Source of the DNA: the human T2T-CHM13v2.0 reference genome, Homo sapiens
NCBI RefSeq assembly: GCF_009914755.1
Contig: NC_060947.1
Length of the DNA stretch: 64,000 bases
Reading direction: 5' to 3' (one strand)
The notes beneath the pieces were generated by a model. The model saw only the letters and a program-made list of their open reading frames with translations. It had not been told where the DNA came from and made no database searches. The position numbers and the translations under genes were made by a program. Numbering within the stretch: the stretch's first letter is position 1; each line of letters starts with the position of its first letter. Of the stretch, positions 53,801 to 64,000 are shown in pieces.

Positions 53801-54504
53801 TATCATATTCATCTGCATTTTATTTTTCCCACCATATTGAGGTGAGGTATAATACAATTACGTCTCTTTTTTTTTCTCTCTAAGAAAAACATTTCTCATT
53901 ACTTTCCAGAGGTTCTGAAGTGAAAGTATAAGGGACCTGAGAAACCAAAGCAGAGGAAACACGACTATTAATAACAACACTTGGCATTTCTATTTTCAGT
54001 GTGCTATAGGATCACTAATTAATGCCCCTCCTTAGCTTAGCCCCAGGGGTCACCCTGACTGACATTCATTCACCCTACCTGACACTGAGACCTGGGAATG
54101 GGGAGGCTGTGGCATTCCATCTGATGGGCACTACTCTCTCTGGCCAGGACTTAAAGCCAAGCTCCTGATTCCCCATCTGTGCTTAAATCAAGGTGAGACA
54201 ATTCCTTCATGTGGACTGGCAGATTTCCAGGATGCAATGAGACCATCATTGGAATGAGCTCTCTGGGTGAAAGATCACTGCTGTTCCTTCTCCCCACCCC
54301 AGAAAAGGAAATTCATATACCAAACAGGATGGTTTGTAACCTGGTGCCACTTCTGAATTCTCTGTTAATTTTTGACAATTGGATGATTACTACAAGAGTT
54401 AAGGAGGGCAAAGTAAAAAGGAGGGAATGAGTGGAAGGAAAATGCCTTCAAACTTGGTGAATGGGGTGCTCCAGAAGGTGATCTAAAGGCCACCTCACAT
54501 GAAA

Positions 54505-55300
54505 CTCATTCATACCACAAAGACTGATTGGGGTTACCTTGTGTGCCAGGCACTGGGCTAGGAGCTGGGGAAACAATGATGCCTTGCAGTCACAATAAAG
54601 TCTGATAGAGACTGTTATGGGAGTGGCACAGAGGAAAAGCTTCCTAGAGGGGGTGGCCTCTGTGCTGACATTCAAGAGATGATAGGAGCCCATAAGGGAA
54701 GGAAAATCTATGGCAGTGAGAGATCTGGAGACACGCAAAACTTTTTAAAAACAGTGGATAAAGTAGGAATGAGGCCAGGAGAGCCAGGGTCAGAAAAATA
54801 TAAGGATCTACAGCAGTGTTTCTTACACTACCTATGGAGAAGGATCAGGGATTTTCCCCCCAATGTGTAGCAGACTAATACTTATGGAATAAAATGCAAT
54901 AAAAACGAATTAACAAAAAGTCCAATAAGCCATTCAAAATGCAAGCTTCATTTTTTTGTAGTAGATTCAGCAAACAAAAATTACTCTGTCAAATTGCTAC
55001 AAAAGTTTCTATTATTCTCAGTTTCTCTACTCCTCTCCCTGCAGACCAGCAACAGTTGGCCTACTGGTCCCAGTCCACAAACCACGCACGCTTTTTGAGT
55101 AGCACTGAGCTAGAACACTCAAGGGAAGGAGATGGGGTCGGCAGTGTCAAATGCTGCCAAGGTGTTCAGTAAAATGAGGTCTGGTAAGTATCCTTTGAAT
55201 GTAGCAACAAATAGGGAGTCACAAAAAGCAATTCAATGGAGTGGTTGAGACAGAAGCCAGACCCAGTGAGTCGAGGAGTTCCTGAGTGTTCACAGCAACT
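54505..55300 (-). mobile_element. L2 fragment interrupted by a hAT element
   Basis: tgtgtgccaggcactgggctagg...; gtcggcagtgtcaaatgctgcc. Confidence 0.65.
54814..55107. mobile_element. hAT-Charlie MER-type MITE
   Basis: TIRs cagtgtttcttaca / tttgagtagcactg; degenerate 8-bp flanks atctacag/agctagaa (NTCTAGAN-like target). Confidence 0.7.
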
Positions 55301-55429
55301 AACAAATATGTGGAAGCAAAGATAAACTAAACCGTGAAACACTTATGCTTTATATTGATAAATATCATCCTTGTTTACACAAAACAGTTAACAAAAAATC
55401 TATGCTGTGACATGGAATAAAGATGGTCA

Positions 55430-55630
55430 ATGGAGTGTATAGTATAGTAGAAAATACCTCAGTCTTAAGTCCAGAAGCCTGTATTGTCAAGTAGAGTCAG
55501 ACAATTAGTATAAGCCCTGTGACCTTGGACAAGTCATGCACCCACTCTGATCCTCAGTTTCCTTCTCTGCCAAATGAGGGGATTGTACAAATCTGTCCCT
55601 ATGTTTGTTTCTGACTTTTGCATTCTATGA
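55430..55630 (+). mobile_element. MIR3/MIRc
   Basis: ctgtgaccttggacaagtca...cctcagtttccttctctgccaaatgagggg. Confidence 0.75.
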
Positions 55631-56658
55631 TTTTAATTTTAAATAGTCACTGCAAATATTAATGCTCCTCAAAATGACCCAACTTATTTGGAGCCCTTGA
55701 GTTCTATTGAATCTAGCTGTGCACCTTCAAGAGCTCACCCACTGCCTGCAGACAGGTGCCAGCAAAAACTTTCTCACTTGGGAACAGCTGGTAAGATAAA
55801 CCTGCCCTGCACCTCCTCCCTCTGCCCCCATCAAAGATTTAGGAACCATAAACCCTATAATTAAATTTATAGCTTCAATCTGAAACAGGAATAGAAGCCA
55901 AACTGGAACTCAGAAGCGTCAGGAATGCTGAGAATTCAGCCTCAGAACCACGAAGTGGCTTCTGAACTCCCCAGATTTCTAACACTTGATTAGATTGGCT
56001 TGCAGGAAAGTCACGTTCCACTGACCTAGGGGAAAGAACATAGAAACCATGGGTTCCATGACCTCCTTCTGGAAGCCAGATGATCCATGGGAGGCTCCCA
56101 CCGGCCTCTGGAGTTAGACAAAGCCACGTTCAAAGCCAAGTTTTGTCTTGGAAACTTGTCAATCCCGGACATCTTATGCTAAGACCCTAATGTTCATGGC
56201 AATTGTATAGAGCTCGCGGCAGGGCTGGGCTGGAAAGGAAGGAAAGAATGTGAAGGCGTCCTTGAGCTGTTCTGGGCTTTGCAAAAGGTAAAAGAAAAGG
56301 GAATATGGGAGAAGATGGGGAGCAAAGTAATGGTATTGGTGCAAGCTGGGGAAGGAACAGGCATGCTGCAGTGGGCTGATTTTTTTTTCTACCTGAACCC
56401 CTCTGAAGTGTCAGGGATGCTGGCTGGATTCTTGGTCCCCATCCTTGTCCTCTCTATAGCTAAGAAATTGGCCTGTCATCTTCTCTTTACAATCCCTGAT
56501 ATCACAGCTTCCAAATTCACCAAATCATGAAGTGTCATTGCAAGTCTTTCTCACATCCATTATGTATTATCTTTGAACATTACTCCTAGCTTTATAGACC
56601 TTACTTTGACTGTCCCCTGCATTTTTTCTGGGCAAAGTTGTCAGAGGCACTGTGTGGT

Positions 56659-56668
56659 CACACACACA

Positions 56669-56720
<52 letters not shown>
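56659..56720. repeat. (CA)n microsatellite, ~30 units
   Basis: direct observation. Confidence 0.95.
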
Positions 56721-56723
<3 letters not shown>

Positions 56724-59097
56724 TATTTAGTCAGAGCAGAAGAAAGCCTTTCAGTGGATCCAGGTAAACAATGAATTGCCGTGTGCTCTCTGCAGAGGGG
56801 CTCCCTGATAATCAGCAGGGTTGAAAGCAGTGGCTGTTTTCTGTGGGTCCCCTTGTAGCCTCTCATCACCCTCTGCCTATTAGTGAAACTGGAACAAGCC
56901 ATTTGGGTGGTTGCAACCAGATCTGGCTAAAGGAGTGCCCAGCTGTTGCTCTTTCCTCTCTCTGGTTTTCAGTCCCCGTGATGTGGACTCATTATGGCTG
57001 TGATCGTTGCTGATGACATTAATGCACTGTGCTGCTTCTCCATCGCATGTGCCATCTGCTCCCATCAGCCCTGTGGGGTAAGTGGTAGGTAATTGTTTCC
57101 CATCGGTAGTCCATTTTCTCAGATAAAGGATGTGAGATTCAAAAATAAACATCCACTCTGAGTCATTGCAACAAGGCCAGTGTGGATCTGGGGGCAGCCA
57201 CCCCATCTACCGCAAGTAGTGGGTGAGGCTGCTTTCCCCGTAATTCAAGTCGAAGGGCAATTTGATTCATTAACAATGACTCTGGGGGAGGAGGAGGTTC
57301 AGGGAGAGAGCAGAGACAAAAAAAAATCCTGAGGGTTCTTATAAACCAGCAGGGTCAATGCAAAAGAGAAAGGGAGAGATGGAGAGAGAAATTGGTGATT
57401 CATCAGCACTAGCTGATTTAGCAGCACTAGGCTTGCTAGTGGATGGGAATGTAAGATAAGAGCCCATGTCATTTCAGCCGTGGGAAACAAGCTTGGGCTC
57501 TACAACCTCAGCTTCTTCATTAGCTATGGCCACGGCTGACTCACCAAGGACCACGGGTTCCAGACCAGAATTGAAAATTCCTCATATGGGCAAGTGTGGG
57601 CAGGGCTCGGAAGGTGGGCAAGCAGATAGGGCAGGATGGGGAAATGCCAAAGAGGAACCAAAAGCCCAGCTCACAGAAATTATCATGGGGGAGAAACATG
57701 ATTTATTTACATGTTCCCAGACTCCCAAGATGACTGATAGGATTTGCTTTTTTTTTTTTTAAAAAAAAAAAAAAAAGGAATTGCATCTTAGAGCTCACTT
57801 TTAACCTGTTTTCTCTTAAGAATTGCCATGGCATCCTCAGTTTGACCTTCACCTCCCCTCAAAGCTCATCTCCACATACATCAGTCATGTATTAAATAAA
57901 TATTTACTGCACTCCTGCTGGATGCCAGGCCCTGTGCTCACTGGGGAGTTACTATGGGCCTCTGGAGCTGGACAGGCCAGATTTGCCATTTGCTAGTGCT
58001 ATCTTGTGCAAAGCTGTAAGTGCTCTGAAGTCATATTTCTTCACCTCTACAATGGGATAATTGCATCAGTTTCCTAAGATTGTCATGAGAATCGAGTGAG
58101 AGAATGTGTATTGAGCTCAGGCCAGAGGCATAAGGGCCCTCCATAAACACTGGGGCTGAAATGACGAGTTTCCCTTCTCTTTCCCTTCCCTTTTCCCCAC
58201 ATTTCCTGTCATGCATGGGGTCCTCTCACATCTTCTCCACCAGCCCTGACCTGCAGCTCACATGTGCTGGCTCAGGCCCCGATTTCATATCTCCTCTGCC
58301 CACCTACTTGTCCCCACTTGTGGGACTGCCCCATCCCTCCCTGCATGGGCAGGGTGGGGACAGGGATTTCCTCCTAGGGCCCCTCCCAGGCAGCTTAGCT
58401 GGTCTGTGGGTCTTGCACTCCAGCTGCCTTCATGCCAACCCAGGGCTGTTTGAGTCATGAGAAGGAGATTCCCCAACACCACGCTTGCTCCAATCACAGC
58501 GAAGCCCACTAATTGATTCATGTTATTTTATTTTCTATACTGGTGGTTAGGGCCTCAAGCAATTTTATGCAAATTTATGAACCTTATGCAAATGAGGGCA
58601 TCCCTAGACTAATTGCACACAAATGGAAGCTTTGCGGGCACCTCCCCCATTCAAGTGTGCCCTGATTCCTTCTCATCCCTTAAATGATTCCCAAAGTTCC
58701 CCATCACCAAATGTCCCTAAGATCAGCAGCCTCGTCTCCTCCCTGCCTCCCCACCCCACAGGCTTCTCAGTGGCTGTTTGGGGATTTTGAGGGACAGTGT
58801 CAGCCTTGTTTGCAAAAGCTCACGGCTGCCTTATGTCCCAGGAAACCATAGCCTGGGGGAAAAGCCCCCTAGCTTATTTTAAAATTCATTTGAATCCCAC
58901 CCAGCTCCCTCTTCCAATCCTCCTAGGGGAGGTGTGACTAGCCCAGAACAGCCTAGGACCTGCCAGAAGCTCACATAGTTGGCCCATCTAGGTTGGGGCA
59001 AAGCTGTGTGTGGCCCCTCCACTTCCAAAAGGCCCACTCCTCAATCTTAGGCCCATCCTTGGTCCCAGCTGTCTGACAACTAATTCTCAGGAAGGGG

Positions 59098-59392
59098 CTG
59101 TCTTAGGTCCGGTTCCCTAGAGACAGACAGAGTGCAAGATAGGAATTGAGCAGGAAGCTCTGGAGTGTGAGAGCACCACACGGTTAACTACCTTGAGGAA
59201 AGGTGATGAGTTTTTGTATTTCCCCTTCCCCTTTGACAGGCAATGGCTGCCAGTAGCCCCAGGGGGCAGGATAGTAACCTCTGGAGCATTTTCAGGGCAA
59301 GAGGGCTCCCATCTTGCAAAGAGGTCAGCCAACATTCAGCAGCTGGGGGATGGGTGTGCCAGCCCAGGTGAGGGACCAGCAGCATCTCCTAG
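59098..59392 (-). mobile_element. LTR16-family LTR fragment
   Basis: tcttaggtccggttccctagagacaga...cagcagctgggggatgggtgtgccagccc. Confidence 0.55.
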
Positions 59393-59758
59393 AGGCATAT
59401 TTGTTTGTTTAACTTGATTTAACTTCAACATCCCTGTAAAGCAGGCATTTACATGATTTCCATTTCATAAATGCGGTACCTAATGATCAGGGCAGGTTGC
59501 TACCTGCTTCCACAGTGCACCTTCTAAATGAGACAGAATAAACAGACTGGGGCTTTGCACCTGGACCCACTGGCTCTCCTGCTGGCCGCCTGTCCAGCCT
59601 GCCAGTGGGCCAGGACTTCTGTCTCCAGCCACTCTCAAATCCAGGGACAGGATGTGTTGCTTCAAAACTCTTTTATACACCTGGCTTTTCTCTATGGTCC
59701 TCCTTCCCTTATTCACCCTTTTATATGGCTTCTTTTTTACGAAGTTCCTCATAGAAAT

Positions 59759-59785
59759 TGTGTGTGTGTGTGTGTGTGTGTGTGT
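59759..59785. repeat. (TG)n microsatellite
   Basis: direct observation. Confidence 0.95.
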
Positions 59786-59854
59786 CTGCGTGCACACGCT
59801 GAGGAGTGTGGCACTGGAGTCTAAAAGGACAAGAAGCAGAACCAAAGCTGTTCT

Positions 59855-60330
59855 GTCCTCTCTTCCTCCTTCTTTTCTGTTCCCTTTCCTTTCAAACCCT
59901 TGGGTCCCATTTCCCCTCCTCCTCCTCCTCTTTCTCATAGCCTTCCCTCTTCCCTTCCTTTTCTCCTTGGCCCCTTTCTGCCAACTTCATTTTTCTTCCT
60001 CTGTCTCCTCTTCTACTCACTCCCCTTCAACTTCACCCTGCATCCTCACTTCCTTCCTCCTCCTCCCCTTTCTCTTTCCTCCCTCTCCTTCCCACCCACT
60101 CCTTCTCATCCCTCTCACCTTTTCCCCTTCCTTTCCCCATCCCTCTTTCCTTCTTTCCTCTCCTTTCCCATCCTTTCTGCCCTATCTTACTCCATTTTTC
60201 TCTCTTCTCTTTCTCCCTCCTGCTCCCTCCATTTCCACCCCCACCACCTTCCTTCCTTCTTCTCTCTTTCATCCTCCTATTCCCTTCCTTCTTTTCTGCA
60301 ACTTTCCTCCCCTCACCCTCTACCCCTGCC
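59855..60330. repeat. ~480-bp polypyrimidine/polypurine low-complexity tract
   Basis: Almost entirely C/T on the + strand. Confidence 0.95.
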
Positions 60331-60354
60331 TTAGAGGACTGCCACCCTTGCCCC

Positions 60355-60980
60355 AGTCCCCGCCCACAGATGAACCAAGGTCTGTCCTGAGCAGCTCAGG
60401 GCGGATTCTCCTGTGGCGCGGGGAAGGCGGCTTGTCTTGCCCTCTCAGGGCGCTGGGTGTTTCCAAAGGGCGGTACCCGCCCTCCTGCGCCAGCTGGGGC
60501 GGGAAGGGAGGCTGGGTGGGGGCTGGCGGGAGGCCTTAAGTACGGGGAACCACACGTGGCGCGCCGGGGCCGCGGGGCTTCCAGAGGTCCCAGCAGAGCC
60601 ACAGACGGTACCGGGAGCCGCCTCGGTGAGGCAGTCTAGCTCGCCGGCCTCGCTCGCTGGGGGAAGGCGAAGAACACGAGCTGAGTGGGAGAGAAGAGCG
60701 GCTGGAGGTGGGGGAATCACTTTATCTTGATTCGTGGGAACAGCCTTGCCACCAGGCAGCCCAGGCCACCAGATAGTTAAAGGAGGAATGCTTTGCGGAC
60801 CCGCGCGTCTGCGAGAAGAGAAAAGGAAGCCGCGATGCCCGGCGCTGGGAGCATCAGTGCCACACTCGCCGCCCTTTGAACAAGCAGCAAAGCCTGGGGT
60901 CTTGACTCCCTTAGGTTCTCTTTATTGCGGCAGGCCCAGTGTTCCCCCCCGGAGTATTTCCTCTCCATCACGCCGGCCTT
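60355..60980. promoter_or_regulatory. CpG island / candidate promoter
   Basis: Abrupt CpG enrichment; GC boxes at 60359, 60399, 60468 and 60496; E-box cacgtg at 60553-60558; candidate + strand donor tcg|gtgagg at 60626. Confidence 0.75.
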
Positions 60981-61599
60981 GGTCCAAAGGAAGCCACTAG
61001 CCCTGTGCCCCCTCCCAGCTTCCCCTTCGCCCACCCTCCTGGATTCTCTTTATTACTAGGCTATGGCTCCTTCCTGACTCCCTCACTCCCTTGCAAACAC
61101 TCTACCCTCTTTTGAATTTTATTCCCTGGTTCCACGATTGAAACTTGTCTACTCGACAAATTCCACTATTATCTCTAATGAGAGCATACAACTCTGGAGC
61201 TCTCACAGTTTAAGAATTGCCTTCATATGAATTTGCTCATGGTATTTCTACAGATATTCACTCCAGGAGGCAAAGCAGACATCAGCCCCATTTTACATAG
61301 TAGGAAAATGAAGCTAGGGCAGGGATGTCAGAGGTCCTCGCAGGACTGCCATGTAGGATGTTCAGATTGTGCACTCTACAAGAGTTGTGCATTGAGGGAA
61401 CTATTCAAATGGGAGGCATATGCTTATATATGAGAGTGCTCAAGCAGTACAGAGCTGTTAGTCCTCCAGGCCAAATCTGGAAGCAGTGATGGAGATGTTC
61501 CATTCCTTCCTGCAGAAATCTACAAAACTTTCATGCATTTATGGGAATATGCATATGATACAAACAGGGCCTTGAGAAGCACACACACATTTCTGCCTG

Positions 61600-61940
61600 C
61601 CTTCTTGCATAATTGAGCTTCCTCACTCTTGCTCTTGTGCCTTTGCCATGAGAACGGGCTAAGGTAGCCTGCTGAAGAATGAGACAAGTGAAGCAGAGCT
61701 GAGTTGGCTCAGTTGCTCCAGTTGAAGCTTTCAGATCTATGAGAGCTCAGCCCAGATCACCAAAGCCTCCTAGCTGACACACAGCTCACCACAGGCACGC
61801 AAGTGAGTTGCGCCCAGCCAAGTCCAGCTCAGATCAGTAGAACTACACAGCTAATCTAAAGACTCATTAGAAAAAAACAGTTATTGTTTTAAGCCACTAT
61901 GTTTTGGAATGTTTCTTGCATAGTAATATCTGACTGATGC
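61600..61940 (+). mobile_element. MLT1 (H/J-like) LTR fragment
   Basis: ctcttgtgcctttgccatgagaac...ttattgttttaagccactatgttttggaatg. Confidence 0.7.
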
Positions 61941-62069
61941 AGAGAGAAAGATAACCTTTTACTAGAAGCAGCAGAAGTGTTGGAAGTCTCACTTCAAACA
62001 GCAGCTCATCAGAGTAGAGACAGAAAGAGAATGAAGATTCACAGTGTATGGCTTGCTTGGTTCTTCCCA

Positions 62070-62300
62070 GCTTGCAGAGTGCCTTCACAAGCATTCCTGT
62101 TTGATTCTTTTTTTTTCTGATTCTTAAAGAACCCCTGGAAGTTGGGGTAGGAAGCTGTTTTATCTGCATTTGTCAGATGAGAAAACTGAGTCTCAGACAA
62201 GTTGCATGACTTGCCTAGGGGGTCAGTAGCTAGTAAGGGATGGAGCCAAGACTACAGCCAGGCCGTTTGGCTCCAGCCCTGTGCTCTTGGCACTGCCCTG
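62070..62300 (-). mobile_element. MIR SINE
   Basis: cagatgagaaaactgagtctcagacaagttgcatgacttgcc. Confidence 0.75.
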
Positions 62301-62669
62301 TGCTAGAAACAGGGTTTGTTGAAACAGGGGCTCAAGGGAGAGCTGCTCATGCTTGTAGCCAGGAAGCAGAAGGGCAGATGGAAAAGCTCCTTATTAAGTG
62401 TGTACCTGGAGTGGAGAGGAGGATGGAGGGCGTGCATGGACTGAGGATTTTGATTTCCTGTTGAAACAAGAAGAGGAGAACAGGGACTCTGCTGGAAAGA
62501 GAGAGCTAGAACTAAGGCTCCCTAGGACTTATTACTTACGTTGGACCAAGCCTCCAGTGAGGCTTCAATTGACCACCAGGCCACAGTTGACCCACTCTCC
62601 TCCTGAGTACTTTTCCCCATGCAAGACAACTGGCTAAGGAGTATAAGGAGTATAATTGTAAGCACCGTA

Positions 62670-62842
62670 ATCAATATTGCAATAGCACTTACCATGTGTC
62701 TGACATTGTGCTAAGTTTCTCCATTTTACAGATGAGGAAACTGAGGCACACTGAACTTAACTCACACAGCTGGCAAGTTGTAGTGCCAGAATTCAAATGC
62801 AGGAGGTTTGGCTTCAGAATCTGGACCCTTAACCACTACACT
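62670..62842 (-). mobile_element. MIR SINE
   Basis: ccattttacagatgaggaaactgaggcac...cttaaccactacact. Confidence 0.85.
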
Positions 62843-63419
62843 GATGGCCTCTTCATGCTTAGTGTTTTACTATTTAAGATACTCCAAGAGGCTCAGAGAA
62901 TGGGTGAGAAGATGATCTGAGACCATTTTTTCAAGACAGCAGCCACGGAGACAGCCCCATTTCCCTGGGGGAAAGTGGCCACAAAGATGGGAGTTTCTCG
63001 CTAACTTTGCCCTGCATTGGTGGGCTGTGTGCCTGGGGGTTCTTGTGTCTCTGGTCCTGCCTGGTGGTTCTGGCCACACCCCAACCCACTAGAAACCTAT
63101 TTTCCCAGGAACAGGAAGAAAAAAATGTGCATTTCTTCTTTCCCTGGCACTTGTCCTGGGAGTCACCCCATACACAGACACCTCTGTATTAATCTTATAC
63201 ACTGCCCTCCCCACCTTTTCCATCCCTGTGAATGCCAGTGTAACCTACAACCACTGCTACTCTTTGCACTATTGCCCCTGTGACATAACAATTGGCAAGA
63301 GTCAGGAGGGGTTTGGCTTTACTGCAAGAGAAGGAAGCATATCACCAGTATGTCCTTCATGGTCTCCTATGAATGAGGCCAAGAACTGACAGCTTCCAAG
63401 ATCCCTTCTATTTCAGGCA

Positions 63420-63605
63420 CCAGTGACAATAGCAGCCATTTGTTGAGGACTTATTCTATGCCAGACTCTTGACAAACAGTATTGCTCATCCTCTCAGCAC
63501 CGGTGAAAGACAAGTATCCTTATCCTCACTTTGGAAATAGGAAAACTGAGATGTAGAGAAGTTAAGTAATCTTGTGGTTCAAGGTCACACAGGAGGCCAG
63601 CTGGA
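63420..63605 (-). mobile_element. MIR SINE
   Basis: ggaaaactgagatgtagagaagttaagtaatc...aaggtcacacag. Confidence 0.75.
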
Positions 63606-64000
63606 CCCCCAAACTTCTACTTTCCCCACATCATGTTTTCCTGCTGGGTCTCAAGGGGAAATTTGATGTCTGCCCTCTTACCACCTCCCACTCCGCGCCC
63701 GCCCCCAACCCTCAGCAGAGGCACTGTGTCTCCCAGAGCCCTCCTCACTGCTCCTCCCCACCTTCTCTTGCTCCTTCTTCCTTGCTTTTTCAAAATGTCC
63801 AGCTCCACTTCCACCTGCCACCAGCCCAGCTAAAGCCTGAACATGAAGGTGGAGCAATTGGGATGTAGAGGGAACCATGCCTTTCCCCACCTCTCCAGGT
63901 CCTGACTCAATTAGCGTTACCTATCTCTGCTGTAACGGAAGCAAAATCTAAGAGCTGAGGACACAGCCAGAACATGCGCGTGAGTGTGTGTGGGAGTGAG

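Noticed and set aside
57748-57776. T-run followed directly by an A-run (hairpin or terminator-like)
   Set aside because: These are adjacent mononucleotide runs in eukaryotic DNA with no supporting context.
59652-60539. 295-aa ORF, the longest in the window, and overlapping ORFs 59900-60334 and 59480-59938
   Set aside because: They stay open only because (TG)n, the C/T tract and the CpG island lack stop codons. The product is F/L/P/S low-complexity with no domain.

Overview
Primate (human-like) genomic DNA, dense in Alu, L1, L2, MIR, MaLR/ERV LTRs and DNA transposons. No intact protein-coding gene, no RNA gene and no CRISPR array were found. The main result is a previously unrecognised-looking, heavily decayed, intron-containing pseudogene on the + strand (~11.7-42.2 kb). 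Roughly two dozen exon remnants lie in the unique gaps between repeats, many with AG/GT boundaries. Their translations align collinearly, from N- to C-terminus, with motifs of GREB1/GREB1L as recalled from memory, which suggests a lost third GREB1-family paralogue. One exon is split by a THE1B LTR. The window also holds a four-level nested transposon stack (4.35-11.3 kb), a repeat-poor regulatory-looking block with a strong CTCF motif and a perfect 22-bp palindrome (47.9-51 kb), and a CpG-island promoter candidate behind a ~480-bp polypyrimidine tract (59.9-61 kb). Repeat subfamily names and all GREB1 comparisons come from recalled consensus and protein sequences, not from database searches.
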